DNA of 64,000 nt, from the NCBI GenBank assembly GCA_963721805.1, contig CAVRJY010000004.1:64001-128000 (forward strand). The letters run 5' to 3'. The notes beneath the pieces were generated by a model, which did no database searches, was not told the origin of the DNA, and worked only from the letters and a program-made list of their open reading frames with translations. Shown here piece by piece: positions 18,278 through 27,712 of this stretch. Made by a program: the position numbers and the translations under genes. The DNA is from Nitrospirota bacterium. GTDB taxonomy: Bacteria > Nitrospirota > Thermodesulfovibrionia > Thermodesulfovibrionales > JdFR-86. Position 1 is the stretch's first letter. The number at the start of each line of letters is the position of its first letter.

Positions 18278-19188
18278 GGATCACGCGGCAGATTCCCGCT
18301 TCACCCGGACCTTCCGCGGTTGGCACAGCGAAGGACACCAGGCTCAATAAACGGGGCTTCGCCCTCGTGCTCACGCTCTCGGTGCTCGCGCTGATGACCG
18401 CGCTCACTGTGGAGTTCATCGACTCTGTGCGGTTAAATGCGACCTTCATGGAAAACTGGGAGACCACGCGTGAGCTCTCGCTCGCCGCACGCTCAGGGGC
18501 CTCGATAGCGGTTGAGCTGCTGTTTAAAGAACTTGCGAACCGCACGTATTCCTATCCCGGCCGGATCGACATCCCGCCGCTATATCCATTTGCGGACGGC
18601 AAGGTCCAGGTAGCGGTATCCATAGAGGACGAGGACTCGAAGTTCAATATCGCGAAACTCGTCACCGAGGGCGGCGCGCGCAACGACGCGGCGTATGCCG
18701 CGTTCCTCAGGCTTTTGGGCGCGCTAGATATCAGCCCCTCGGTCGCTGACCGGATAGCGGGCTGGATGTCGGGCGGCCCGGGCGGCAGGCGCGGCCCGCT
18801 CCGTAGCGTCGACGAAATACTCGAGATACCCGGCGTGGACCGCTCGGTTTATGATAAATTAAAGCCTTACGTTACCGTATTCGGCAGCGGGCTTATAAAC
18901 ATCAACGGGGCGGCGGCCCCCGTGCTCCGCTCGCTCGACGGCGGGATAAGCCCGGATATGGCCGGCCGCATCGTAAGCCGCCGCGATGAGCAGCCCTTCG
19001 AGTCCGCCGCGGACATCACGAAGGTGGCCGGTTTCGAGGGCCTTGGGATAGGGCTGATGGGGCGCATATGCGTCAAGGGCACCGCGTATTATCTCACGGT
19101 GCAGGCTGCGTCCCCCGAGGGGGTGCGCAGCACCATTGAGTGTGCGGTGGGCGGTGACGGCAAGGTGCAGTACTGGAGAGAGCTGTAA
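18274..19188 (+). CDS. gspK: Minor pseudopilin GspK
   Basis: G|FALVLTL without Glu5, IEDEDSKFNI, ININGA, YWRE C-terminus; start ATG 18274 overlaps the gspJ stop. Confidence 0.85.
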   Translation: MRITRQIPASPGPSAVGTAKDTRLNKRGFALVLTLSVLALMTALTVEFIDSVRLNATFMENWETTRELSLAARSGASIAVELLFKELANRTYSYPGRIDIPPLYPFADGKVQVAVSIEDEDSKFNIAKLVTEGGARNDAAYAAFLRLLGALDISPSVADRIAGWMSGGPGGRRGPLRSVDEILEIPGVDRSVYDKLKPYVTVFGSGLININGAAAPVLRSLDGGISPDMAGRIVSRRDEQPFESAADITKVAGFEGLGIGLMGRICVKGTAYYLTVQAASPEGVRSTIECAVGGDGKVQYWREL

Positions 19189-19200
19189 TATAAAACACGC

Positions 19201-20274
19201 ATGCCAGAGATAATCTTCATAGACCTCACAGGCCCCGCGAAGGGCAGCGCCTACGTGCTCGACAAGGGTACGGGCAAGGTGCGCTCGACGCTCGAGTTCG
19301 ATGAAATAGGCGCGCTCGGCCCCATCGAGGCCGCCAAGGGCTCCGAGGCCTGCCTGAGCCTCCCGCTATCGATGCTGGATTTCCGCAGGGTATCGCTCCC
19401 CGTGGCCGACCCGGACAAGGTGCGCCGCCTCCTGCCCTTCGAGCTCGAGGGCCTGATGCTCCAGGACCCTGGCCGCGCCGTGATCGACGCCGTCGTGCTG
19501 GGCACAAGCAAGGAAGACCCCTCGCGCCATGACGTGCTCGCGGTATACATGGACGCCCAGGTGCTCGGTGCGGTGCTCGCGGCTCTCGCGCGGCATGGGA
19601 TCGACCCGCGCGTGGCCTGCTCGATAGAGCTTTCGGCCGCGCTCGAGGAATACGGCCGTCTGGGCGGAGAGCCCGAGGCAGTGCTCATGAACTTCGGCGG
19701 TCTTACGGAAGGCCGTACGATGCGCGCATGGCAGGAGGCCGTCTCGGGGGGCAGGATCAACCTCAGGCGAGGCCCTCTGGGTTATACGGCCGACGAGCGC
19801 AGGACAAGAAAATCGCTAGCGCTCGCCGCTGTGCTCGCGATACTCATGCTCGCCACCCTGGGCGCTGACATCGGCCTCAGGATCAAGGCGGAACGCGGCC
19901 GCGAACGCACCATGGAGGACGCGGTCAAGTCCGCGTACGCCTCGGCCTTCCCGCAGGAGAAATACTCCGGCCCGCAGGGGATATCATACAAGCTGCAGGC
20001 CCGGATCAAGGAGCTGGAGGCTCGCGTGCGCAATCTAAAGGGCCTGCGGCCCCTCGACCTCATGGCCGGACTCCAGCCCCCCAAGGGGCTCTCATATACC
20101 GAGATAGCGCTCGAGGCTGACGGCGTGACGCTAAGCGGCAAGGCCGACTCCATGCCCACGGTGCAGGCCGCGCAGGCCGCGCTGGGCGGGACGCTCGACG
20201 ACGTGAAGATCACCGAGACCACCCCGGCCGGCGATGCGGTCAAGTTTACTATGACAGGCCGCAGGAAGCCCTGA
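19201..20274 (+). CDS. gspL: GspL-like protein
   Basis: FRRVSLP...LPFELEG actin-like cytoplasmic domain, one TM segment, periplasmic domain. Confidence 0.75.
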   Translation: MPEIIFIDLTGPAKGSAYVLDKGTGKVRSTLEFDEIGALGPIEAAKGSEACLSLPLSMLDFRRVSLPVADPDKVRRLLPFELEGLMLQDPGRAVIDAVVLGTSKEDPSRHDVLAVYMDAQVLGAVLAALARHGIDPRVACSIELSAALEEYGRLGGEPEAVLMNFGGLTEGRTMRAWQEAVSGGRINLRRGPLGYTADERRTRKSLALAAVLAILMLATLGADIGLRIKAERGRERTMEDAVKSAYASAFPQEKYSGPQGISYKLQARIKELEARVRNLKGLRPLDLMAGLQPPKGLSYTEIALEADGVTLSGKADSMPTVQAAQAALGGTLDDVKITETTPAGDAVKFTMTGRRKP

Positions 20275-20275
20275 C

Positions 20276-20755
20276 ATGAACCGCAGGGGGACCATATGGC
20301 TGGTAAGCGTGGCAATTATCGCCGCGCTCTTTGCCGGGCTCTTCGTGGCGCTCAGGGCTGCCCAGAGGGACGCCTCCGCGATGGAGACAACCGCCAGGGA
20401 CGCTGTGCGGTATGCCGCGCGCTGCCGTGAGCTGAACGACACGGCCGCCGCGCTCGAGGCCCGTGCGGCCGCTGATGTCCCCTCCGGGATCGTCGAGGCC
20501 GTGGACCGCGTCACGGCCCCGCTGGGGCTCAAGGACCGCGTGAAGTCCGTAAAAAACCTGCCTTCAGGCCCCAGGGAGCAGCTTGCGGAACTCAGCTTGG
20601 CGGGGCTCACGCCCAACGAACTCGCCAACGTGCTTTACTCCATCGAGACCGCGCCGATGCTCCTTGTCGTGCGGAAGGCCGACGTCCGCTCGTCGTTCGA
20701 GCGGCAGGGCACACTGAACGCCTCGCTCACGCTGGCCCTGATCAAGACCAAGTGA
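20276..20755 (+). CDS. gspM: GspM-like protein
   Basis: N-terminal TM, coiled coil, small C-terminal domain; position after gspL. Confidence 0.65.
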   Translation: MNRRGTIWLVSVAIIAALFAGLFVALRAAQRDASAMETTARDAVRYAARCRELNDTAAALEARAAADVPSGIVEAVDRVTAPLGLKDRVKSVKNLPSGPREQLAELSLAGLTPNELANVLYSIETAPMLLVVRKADVRSSFERQGTLNASLTLALIKTK

Positions 20756-21771
20756 TGCGCTCCCTGCTTTGGGCCCTCATAGTGCTCATCGTCGCCATCC
20801 CGCTGTTTGCCGTCGCCGCGTGGGAGATCGCGGTCCCGCTTGAGTTAATCGAGTCGGGCGCGCGCACCCCGCTTGAGGCCCAGGGGCTAGACCTCGCGTT
20901 TAAGGGGCTCGCGAAGGGCCTGTTTTTCAGCCTGCACAGCGACGAGGTCACGGTGCTCAGGGGCGATATGCCGGTCATATCCGCAACGGATGCCGAGGCC
21001 GCGCTGAGGCCGCTCTCCCTGCTTTCTGGCAGGCCGGAGGCCGGGTTTAAGGCAAAGCTCGCCGGGGGCACGATTACCGGCACGGCCACGCTCGTCAAAC
21101 GCTACCTATACCTGAAGGCCGATCTCACAGGCGCGGATCTCGCCTCGATACGCGGGCTGCTCGAGCCGCTTGGCCTGCGCGGGTCGCGCGGGAATACCTC
21201 TGCCTCGTTCGATGTAGGCCCTGACGGGGGGCACATAGAGTTCACGGTGCGCGACGCGGCGCTCGGGACGTTTGCGGGCGTCCAGACCGGCAGCGTCCCG
21301 CTTGGGATGCTCAAGGCCGCCGGGGGCATCCCGCTTGGGATCGCTAACACCGCGGGTGGCACTGCGCAGGGGCTGGCCTCGGCCGTCCAGGGCGGCAACA
21401 TCCCGCTGGGGATTATCAACGCCGTCGCCAACGCACCGCTCGGCGTGCTCAATACCGCGCGTGACACTGTGTTGGGGATATTTTCGGTCGGCCAGACCGG
21501 CAACATCCCGCTGGGGATGTTCAATACCGTGCGAGGGGCGCTCAGTCTCAAAAACGGCGTGACCGAGATCACCTCGCTCTCACTCGAGGGCAGGGACATA
21601 TACGCCAAGGCCGCAGGCAGCATCAGCCGCAGCGGCGCGCTCGACCTCGCGCTCGTCGTAATGCCCTCGCCCGGCAGCCCGTATGCGAGCCTGCTCGGCC
21701 AGATGCCCGGCTGGACCAGGACCGGCCCCGGGCGGTACGAAACCAGGCTCAGGACGCCGGGGCGCAAGTAA
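20752..21771 (+). CDS. gspN: GspN-like protein with internal PLG repeats
   Basis: N-terminal TM, beta-rich body, last gene of the gsp operon. Confidence 0.6.
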   Translation: MMRSLLWALIVLIVAIPLFAVAAWEIAVPLELIESGARTPLEAQGLDLAFKGLAKGLFFSLHSDEVTVLRGDMPVISATDAEAALRPLSLLSGRPEAGFKAKLAGGTITGTATLVKRYLYLKADLTGADLASIRGLLEPLGLRGSRGNTSASFDVGPDGGHIEFTVRDAALGTFAGVQTGSVPLGMLKAAGGIPLGIANTAGGTAQGLASAVQGGNIPLGIINAVANAPLGVLNTARDTVLGIFSVGQTGNIPLGMFNTVRGALSLKNGVTEITSLSLEGRDIYAKAAGSISRSGALDLALVVMPSPGSPYASLLGQMPGWTRTGPGRYETRLRTPGRK

Positions 21772-21801
21772 CCAATAAGCCGCATCATTATATTGCGCTG
21801 A

Positions 21802-21830
21802 TTGACAATCAATTGTTAATAATATATTTT
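21802..21830 (+). promoter_or_regulatory. Sigma70-type promoter of pilB (possibly leaderless)
   Basis: TTGACA-17 nt-TATTTT, 7 nt before the ATG; no SD. Confidence 0.55.
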
Positions 21831-21837
21831 ATTTAAT

Positions 21838-23661
21838 ATGGCCCCTAAACTCGGGGAGATGCTTATCTCCTCCAACATAATCAACGAAGAACAGCTAAAG
21901 CTGGCCCTCAACCTCCAGAAAAAGGAGGGCGGGAGACTCGGCAGCAAGCTCGTAAAACTCGGCTACGTGAGCGAGGAAAAACTCGTCGCGTTCCTAAGCA
22001 AGCAGTTCGGCGTCCCGGCCATAAGCCTCGAAAGCTACAGGATCGACCCGTCGGTCGTGAAGCTCATCCCGCTGGACATGGCCCGCAAATACAGCATCAT
22101 GCCGGTCGCGCGCGTGGGCGCCGTGCTCACCATAGCGATGACAGACCCCTCCAACGTCTTCGCGATCGACGACGTGAAGTTCATGACAGGCTACAACGTC
22201 GAGGTCGCCGTCTCGACCGAATCGAGCATAAGCTCGGCAGTCGCGGAATATTACGGCGGCAGGGGCGGCGAGATGGTGCCGTCGCAGAAGACCACGCCGG
22301 CCGAGCAAAACAAGATACTCGAAGCCAAGGACTACACCCTCTCTGACGAAGACCTGGCCGGCGGAAGCCATATGGAAGGCCAGGAAGACGGCCCGATGAT
22401 CGACGTCGCGGACTTCGACTCGGTCGTCGGCAGCGCGCTTGACGGCATCGAGGCCGTCGAGGAAGAGACGGATGCCGACCAGGTGCGCGAGGTCGAGGCC
22501 CCGATCGTGAAGCTCGTCAACGGCATATTCGTCAACGCTGTGAAGGCCGGGGCCTCGGACATCCACATCGAGCCGTACGAGACCTCGCTGCGCGTCAGGT
22601 ACCGCGTCGACGGCGTCATGTACACGGTCATGAACCTGCCCACGAAGATAAGGGCCGCGCTCACCTCTCGCATCAAGATCATGAGCAAGCTCGATATCGC
22701 CGAGCGCCGCCTGCCGCAGGACGGCCGCATAAAGCTCAAGCTCGGCAAGAAGCGCGAGATCGACTTCCGCGTCTCCGTCCTACCGTGCCTGTTCGGTGAG
22801 AAGACCGTCCTTCGGCTCCTGGACAAGTCCACCCTGCAGGTGGACCTCACGAAGCTCGGCTTTGACGAACTCGCGCTGCGGGACTTCATGGAAGCCATCG
22901 AGAAGCCCTTCGGGATGATACTCGTCACCGGCCCCACGGGCTCTGGCAAGACCACCACGCTGTATTCCGCCCTTACGCACCTAAACAAGCCCGACACGAA
23001 CATCATGACCGCCGAGGACCCGGTGGAGTTCAACTTCATGGGCATCAACCAGGTCCACGTGCGCGAGGACATCGGCCTTACCTTCGCCGCGGCACTCCGC
23101 TCTTTCCTGCGGCAGGACCCCGACATCATCATGGTAGGGGAGATCAGGGACTTCGAGACCGCGGAGATCGCGGTCAAGGCGGCCCTGACCGGCCACCTCG
23201 TCCTGAGCACCCTGCACACCAACGACGCCCCGAGCACGATCAACCGCCTGCTGAACATGGGCATCGAGCCCTTCCTCGTCTCGTCGGCCTGCATACTCAT
23301 CATGGCCCAGAGGCTCGCGCGTCGCATATGCATGCAGTGCAAGGAGGAGGAGACCGTGCCGCACCAGGCCCTGCTGAAAGTGGGTTTTTCGGAAGAGGAA
23401 GTCAAGACCTTCAAGCCGATGAAAGGGCGCGGCTGCCCGGCCTGCAACGGCACCGGATACAAGGGCCGCATCGCGCTGTACGAAGTGATGCCGATACGCG
23501 AGGAGATCAAGGAACTTATACTGGAGGGCGCGTCCTCGGACGAGATCAAGCGCGGCGCGCTGAGGCTCGGCTGCAAATCGCTGCGTTTAAGCGGCCTCCA
23601 GAAGATTAAAGAGGGCGTCACTACGATCGACGAGGTGCTTCGCGTCACCTTCGGCGACTAG
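21838..23661 (+). CDS. pilB: Type IV pilus assembly ATPase PilB with an MshEN-like N-terminus
   Basis: KLGEML...RLGSKLVKLG; GPTGSGKTT; LRQDPDIIMVGEIRD. Confidence 0.95.
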   Translation: MAPKLGEMLISSNIINEEQLKLALNLQKKEGGRLGSKLVKLGYVSEEKLVAFLSKQFGVPAISLESYRIDPSVVKLIPLDMARKYSIMPVARVGAVLTIAMTDPSNVFAIDDVKFMTGYNVEVAVSTESSISSAVAEYYGGRGGEMVPSQKTTPAEQNKILEAKDYTLSDEDLAGGSHMEGQEDGPMIDVADFDSVVGSALDGIEAVEEETDADQVREVEAPIVKLVNGIFVNAVKAGASDIHIEPYETSLRVRYRVDGVMYTVMNLPTKIRAALTSRIKIMSKLDIAERRLPQDGRIKLKLGKKREIDFRVSVLPCLFGEKTVLRLLDKSTLQVDLTKLGFDELALRDFMEAIEKPFGMILVTGPTGSGKTTTLYSALTHLNKPDTNIMTAEDPVEFNFMGINQVHVREDIGLTFAAALRSFLRQDPDIIMVGEIRDFETAEIAVKAALTGHLVLSTLHTNDAPSTINRLLNMGIEPFLVSSACILIMAQRLARRICMQCKEEETVPHQALLKVGFSEEEVKTFKPMKGRGCPACNGTGYKGRIALYEVMPIREEIKELILEGASSDEIKRGALRLGCKSLRLSGLQKIKEGVTTIDEVLRVTFGD

Positions 23662-23693
23662 CAACAAGAGAATCAGGGGGGTTAGATAAAATC

Positions 23694-24797
23694 ATGGCGA
23701 TGAACCTGTACGATTTGCTTAAGGCGATGATCGAGCGCGGGGCCTCGGACCTGCATATCACCACCGGCTCCTCGCCGCGCATCCGCGTCGACAGCAGGCT
23801 CATCGTGCTCGACCCGAAGGCCGAAGCCCTAACGCCGACCGACACCAAGGCGCTCTGCTACAGCATCCTCACCGACGCCCAGAAGCACAAGTTCGAGGAG
23901 TTCAGCGAGCTGGACCTCTCGTTCGGCCTCAAGGGGCTGAGCCGCTTCCGCGCCAACGTCTTCATGCAGCGGGGCGCCGTGGCCGGGGCCTTCCGCGCCA
24001 TCCCCTTCGGCGTACGCAGCTTCCAGGAGCTCGGCCTGCCGGAGATCGTCTCGGATCTCGCCAAGCGGCCGCGCGGCCTGATACTCGTCACCGGCCCGAC
24101 CGGCTCGGGCAAGTCCACCACGCTGGCGACTATCATCGACAGGATCAACGAGGAGCGCTACGAGCACATCATCACGATCGAGGACCCGATAGAGTACCTG
24201 CACGGCCACAAGCGCGCCCTGGTCAACCAGCGCGAGGTCAACGCCGACACGCAGTCGTTCAAGGACGCCCTGAAATACGTCCTCAGGCAGGACCCCGACG
24301 TCGTACTGATCGGCGAGATGCGCGACCTCGAGACGATTGAGGCGGCGCTTAAGGTCTCCGAGACCGGCCACCTGACGCTCGCCACCCTGCACACTAACTC
24401 AGCCGTGCAGAGCATCAACCGCATAATCGACGTCTTCCCCCCGCACCAGCAGTCGCAGATCAGGGTGCAGCTGAGCTTCGTACTCGAGGCCGTTCTGGCG
24501 CAGCAGCTCATACCCAAGAAATCCGGCAAGGGCCGGGTGATGGCGCTCGAGATCATGATCCCCACCCCCGCCATACGCAACCTCATCCGAGAGGACAAGG
24601 TCCACCAGATATACTCCATGATGCAGACCGGGCAGTCGAAGATCGGCATGCAGACGATGAACCAGTCCCTCGTCGACCTCTGCAAGCGCGGGCTCATCTC
24701 TTACGAAGAGGCGCTGCAGCACACGATGATCACGGACGAGTTCGTCCAGATGATGCAACGCGAACAGCTAAAGGAAAAGGATAAAAGGGGGGGATAA
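23694..24797 (+). CDS. pilT: Pilus retraction ATPase PilT
   Basis: ASDLHITTG, GPTGSGKST, AIRNLIRE motif, GMQTMNQSL. Confidence 0.96.
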   Translation: MAMNLYDLLKAMIERGASDLHITTGSSPRIRVDSRLIVLDPKAEALTPTDTKALCYSILTDAQKHKFEEFSELDLSFGLKGLSRFRANVFMQRGAVAGAFRAIPFGVRSFQELGLPEIVSDLAKRPRGLILVTGPTGSGKSTTLATIIDRINEERYEHIITIEDPIEYLHGHKRALVNQREVNADTQSFKDALKYVLRQDPDVVLIGEMRDLETIEAALKVSETGHLTLATLHTNSAVQSINRIIDVFPPHQQSQIRVQLSFVLEAVLAQQLIPKKSGKGRVMALEIMIPTPAIRNLIREDKVHQIYSMMQTGQSKIGMQTMNQSLVDLCKRGLISYEEALQHTMITDEFVQMMQREQLKEKDKRGG

Positions 24798-24800
24798 ATT

Positions 24801-26006
24801 ATGGCCACAGTCTTTCAGTGGGCGGGGAAGACCAGCCTCGGCACGATAGAGACCGGGGAGACCACCGCGAACTCGCGCGAGGAGGTCTCCAACCAGCTCA
24901 GGCGGCGCAACATAACGGCCACCTCCATAGTCGAAAAGGAAAAAAAGAAGTTTAGCTTCGGCGGCGGCAAGGTCACTGACAAGGACATCGTCGTATTCAC
25001 GCGCCAGTTCTCGACGATGATCGACGCCGGCCTCCCGCTAGTGCAGGCCCTAGAGATCCTCTCCACCCAGGTCGAGAGCAAGGCGCTCGGCAAGGCCCTC
25101 GGGGTGATCAAGGGCGACGTCGAGAGCGGCTCCACGTATGCCGACGCCCTCAGGAAACACCCGAAGATATTCGACGCCCTGTACTGCAACATGGTCGCGG
25201 CCGGCGAAAGCGGCGGTATCCTCGACACCATCCTGAACCGTCTCGCCAGCTACATTGAGAAGACCATGAAGCTCAAGCGGAAGATCAAGAGCGCCCTTAC
25301 GTACCCGATCACGATCAGCGCGGTCGCGGTCATCGTCGTCGGCGTCATCATGGTCTTCGTCGTCCCGACCTTCTCGAAGATGTTCGCGACCCTCGGCGGC
25401 ACACTGCCGCTTCCGACCCAGATGATCATCTCCGCCAGCAACTTCCTCAAAAAAGGCGGGGCGGTCCTCATAGTCGCAGTCGCGTTCGGCATAGCCTATG
25501 CGCTCAGACAGATCCGCAAGACCGATGCCGGTCTCTACAGGACCGACGCGATACTCCTGAAGGTCCCGATATTCGGGCCGATGCTCCTGAAGGTCGCGAT
25601 TTCGAAGTTCACGCGCACGATGGGCACACTGACGAGCTCAGGCGTGCCGATACTCGACGGCCTCGAGATCACCGCAAAGACGGCCGGCAACAGGGTTATC
25701 GAACTCGCGGTAATGGACGTCCGCACCGCGGTCAGCGAGGGCAAGACCCTATCTGAGCCCCTCACCAAGGCCAAGATATTCCCGCCGATGGTCACGCACA
25801 TGATCGCCGTAGGCGAATCCACCGGCGCGCTCGATACGATGATGACGAAGATCGCGGACTTCTACGACGACGAGGTCGACAACGCGGTCACGAACCTCAC
25901 GGCCATGATGGAGCCCATCCTGATGGTGTTCCTCGGCACGACGTGCGGTTTCATCATCGTCTCGATGTACCTGCCGATCTTCAAGCTGATCACCCTCATC
26001 AAGTAA
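24801..26006 (+). CDS. pilC: Type IV pilus platform protein PilC
   Basis: FTRQFSTMIDAGLPLVQ, AGESGGILD, MYLPIF. Confidence 0.95.
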   Translation: MATVFQWAGKTSLGTIETGETTANSREEVSNQLRRRNITATSIVEKEKKKFSFGGGKVTDKDIVVFTRQFSTMIDAGLPLVQALEILSTQVESKALGKALGVIKGDVESGSTYADALRKHPKIFDALYCNMVAAGESGGILDTILNRLASYIEKTMKLKRKIKSALTYPITISAVAVIVVGVIMVFVVPTFSKMFATLGGTLPLPTQMIISASNFLKKGGAVLIVAVAFGIAYALRQIRKTDAGLYRTDAILLKVPIFGPMLLKVAISKFTRTMGTLTSSGVPILDGLEITAKTAGNRVIELAVMDVRTAVSEGKTLSEPLTKAKIFPPMVTHMIAVGESTGALDTMMTKIADFYDDEVDNAVTNLTAMMEPILMVFLGTTCGFIIVSMYLPIFKLITLIK

Positions 26007-26098
26007 GTGGGGCGGCTGGCGGATTCCGGGCGGGTTAAGCGGATATGCGGAAAAGCCGCCCGCGGGCGAGCGACGAGCGCTGTTGACGCCAGCCACCG

Positions 26099-27712
26099 GT
26101 GAGCGCATTGAACGCTGAGACCGAGCAGGACCTGCGGCCGGGCATCGAGGTCCCGATCCGAAGGTTAAAAGCCCTGATCGCCTTCCGCATCTGCCTCGTC
26201 ACCTTACTGGTGGGCTCGTTCATGGTGTTCAGGATCGGTCACGGCATATTCCCGTACTCCTTCGCGGTCATGTACCTGATAGCCGCGTTCTACGGCATGA
26301 CGATCGTCCACCTGCTGCTGCTCGGGCGGCTCGCAAACGCGGCCCACGCATACATCCAGATAATCGGCGACGTCACGGGCACCGTGGCCCTCATAGCGTT
26401 TACGGGCGGCATCGAGAGCGGCTTTACCTCGCTGCTGATCCTCAACGTCATCTCCGCGGCGATAGTGGCCGGAAGGCGCGCGGGCTACCTTGCCGCGACG
26501 CTCTCGGCCCTGCTCTACGGCGTGCTCCTCGACGCCCAGTTCAACCTGGCGATCCCGGCCCCCTACGAACCCATTACCGCCGCCAAGGCCTTCCTCTTCA
26601 ACCTCTTTTCTCACATCACCGCGCTATACCTCACGGCGTTCCTGATGGGCATCCTGGTCAGGCGTCTCGAGCGCCAGGCCACGAGCATCATGGACCTTAC
26701 CGCCTTCAACCGCGAGGTGATCGAGCACACCCCGAGCGGGCTTTTCACCACGGACTCGAGCGGGAGGATCCAGGTCTTCAACCGCGCGGCCGAGCTGATA
26801 ACCGGCATCGGCCGCGAGCAGGCGCTGGGGGCCGAGCCCCGGGAGATATTCCCCTTCCTGCCGCGGGAGGGGCAATGGCCCGAGCGCTCGGAGCAGACCG
26901 TGTCAGCGGGCGGCGGCCGCAAGATCATAGGGCTGACGATCTCGGACATGCACGACTCCTCCGGGGTGGGCCATATCGGGGTATTCGAGGACCTCACAGA
27001 GATGAAGAAAATGGCCGAGGAGATGAAGCGCAGGGAAAAGCTCGCCGCTATCGGAGAGCTATCGGCCAACATGGCGCACGAGATCCGAAACCCGCTGGCC
27101 TCGCTTAAAAGCTCGATAGAGCTGATCCGCGAGGCCTCGATCACGCCGGAGCAGCGCAGCCGCCTGATGGGCATAGCGATAAACGAGATGGACCGCTTAA
27201 ACACCATCGTCACGGACTTCCTGGACTACGCGCGGCCGGCCAAGCCCAAGATGCAGCCCTGCGACCTGCACCAGACACTCGACCGCGCGGCCGACGTCCT
27301 CGTTGGATCGGGCCACCAGAACGTACAGATAAAAAGGCTCTACCAGGGCCCGCTGCCGATTGTTGCCGACCCCGAGATGCTCGGGCAGGTCTTCCTCAAC
27401 ATCGGCCTGAACGCCTTCGATGCGATGCCCGACGGCGGCACGCTTGAGATATCCACGGCCGTCGGCGCCGGCCGCAGGGTGGAGGTCAGGTTCCGGGACA
27501 CCGGCACCGGCATCGAGGCCGAGAACCTCGAACGAGTATTCTATCCATTCTACACCACTAAGAAAAAAGGCACCGGCATCGGCCTCAGCATCGTATACAG
27601 GATAGTAGTGGAAGACCACGGCGGGACCGTGCGCGTAAAAAGCCCCCCGGAGGGCCCCGGCACGGTGTTCGTCGTCGAGCTGCCGCTGGATGGCGCGGGG
27701 GCCGCGGCATGA
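26099..27712 (+). CDS. pilS: Sensor histidine kinase PilS
   Basis: Multi-TM N-terminus, PAS domain, AHEIRNPL H-box, HATPase; position after pilC. Confidence 0.87.
   Translation: MSALNAETEQDLRPGIEVPIRRLKALIAFRICLVTLLVGSFMVFRIGHGIFPYSFAVMYLIAAFYGMTIVHLLLLGRLANAAHAYIQIIGDVTGTVALIAFTGGIESGFTSLLILNVISAAIVAGRRAGYLAATLSALLYGVLLDAQFNLAIPAPYEPITAAKAFLFNLFSHITALYLTAFLMGILVRRLERQATSIMDLTAFNREVIEHTPSGLFTTDSSGRIQVFNRAAELITGIGREQALGAEPREIFPFLPREGQWPERSEQTVSAGGGRKIIGLTISDMHDSSGVGHIGVFEDLTEMKKMAEEMKRREKLAAIGELSANMAHEIRNPLASLKSSIELIREASITPEQRSRLMGIAINEMDRLNTIVTDFLDYARPAKPKMQPCDLHQTLDRAADVLVGSGHQNVQIKRLYQGPLPIVADPEMLGQVFLNIGLNAFDAMPDGGTLEISTAVGAGRRVEVRFRDTGTGIEAENLERVFYPFYTTKKKGTGIGLSIVYRIVVEDHGGTVRVKSPPEGPGTVFVVELPLDGAGAAA

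Noticed and set aside
22332..23648. 438-aa antisense ORF over pilB, and similar long antisense ORFs over infB, lnt and the TolC gene
   Set aside because: Typical stop-poor antisense frames of high-GC coding DNA.
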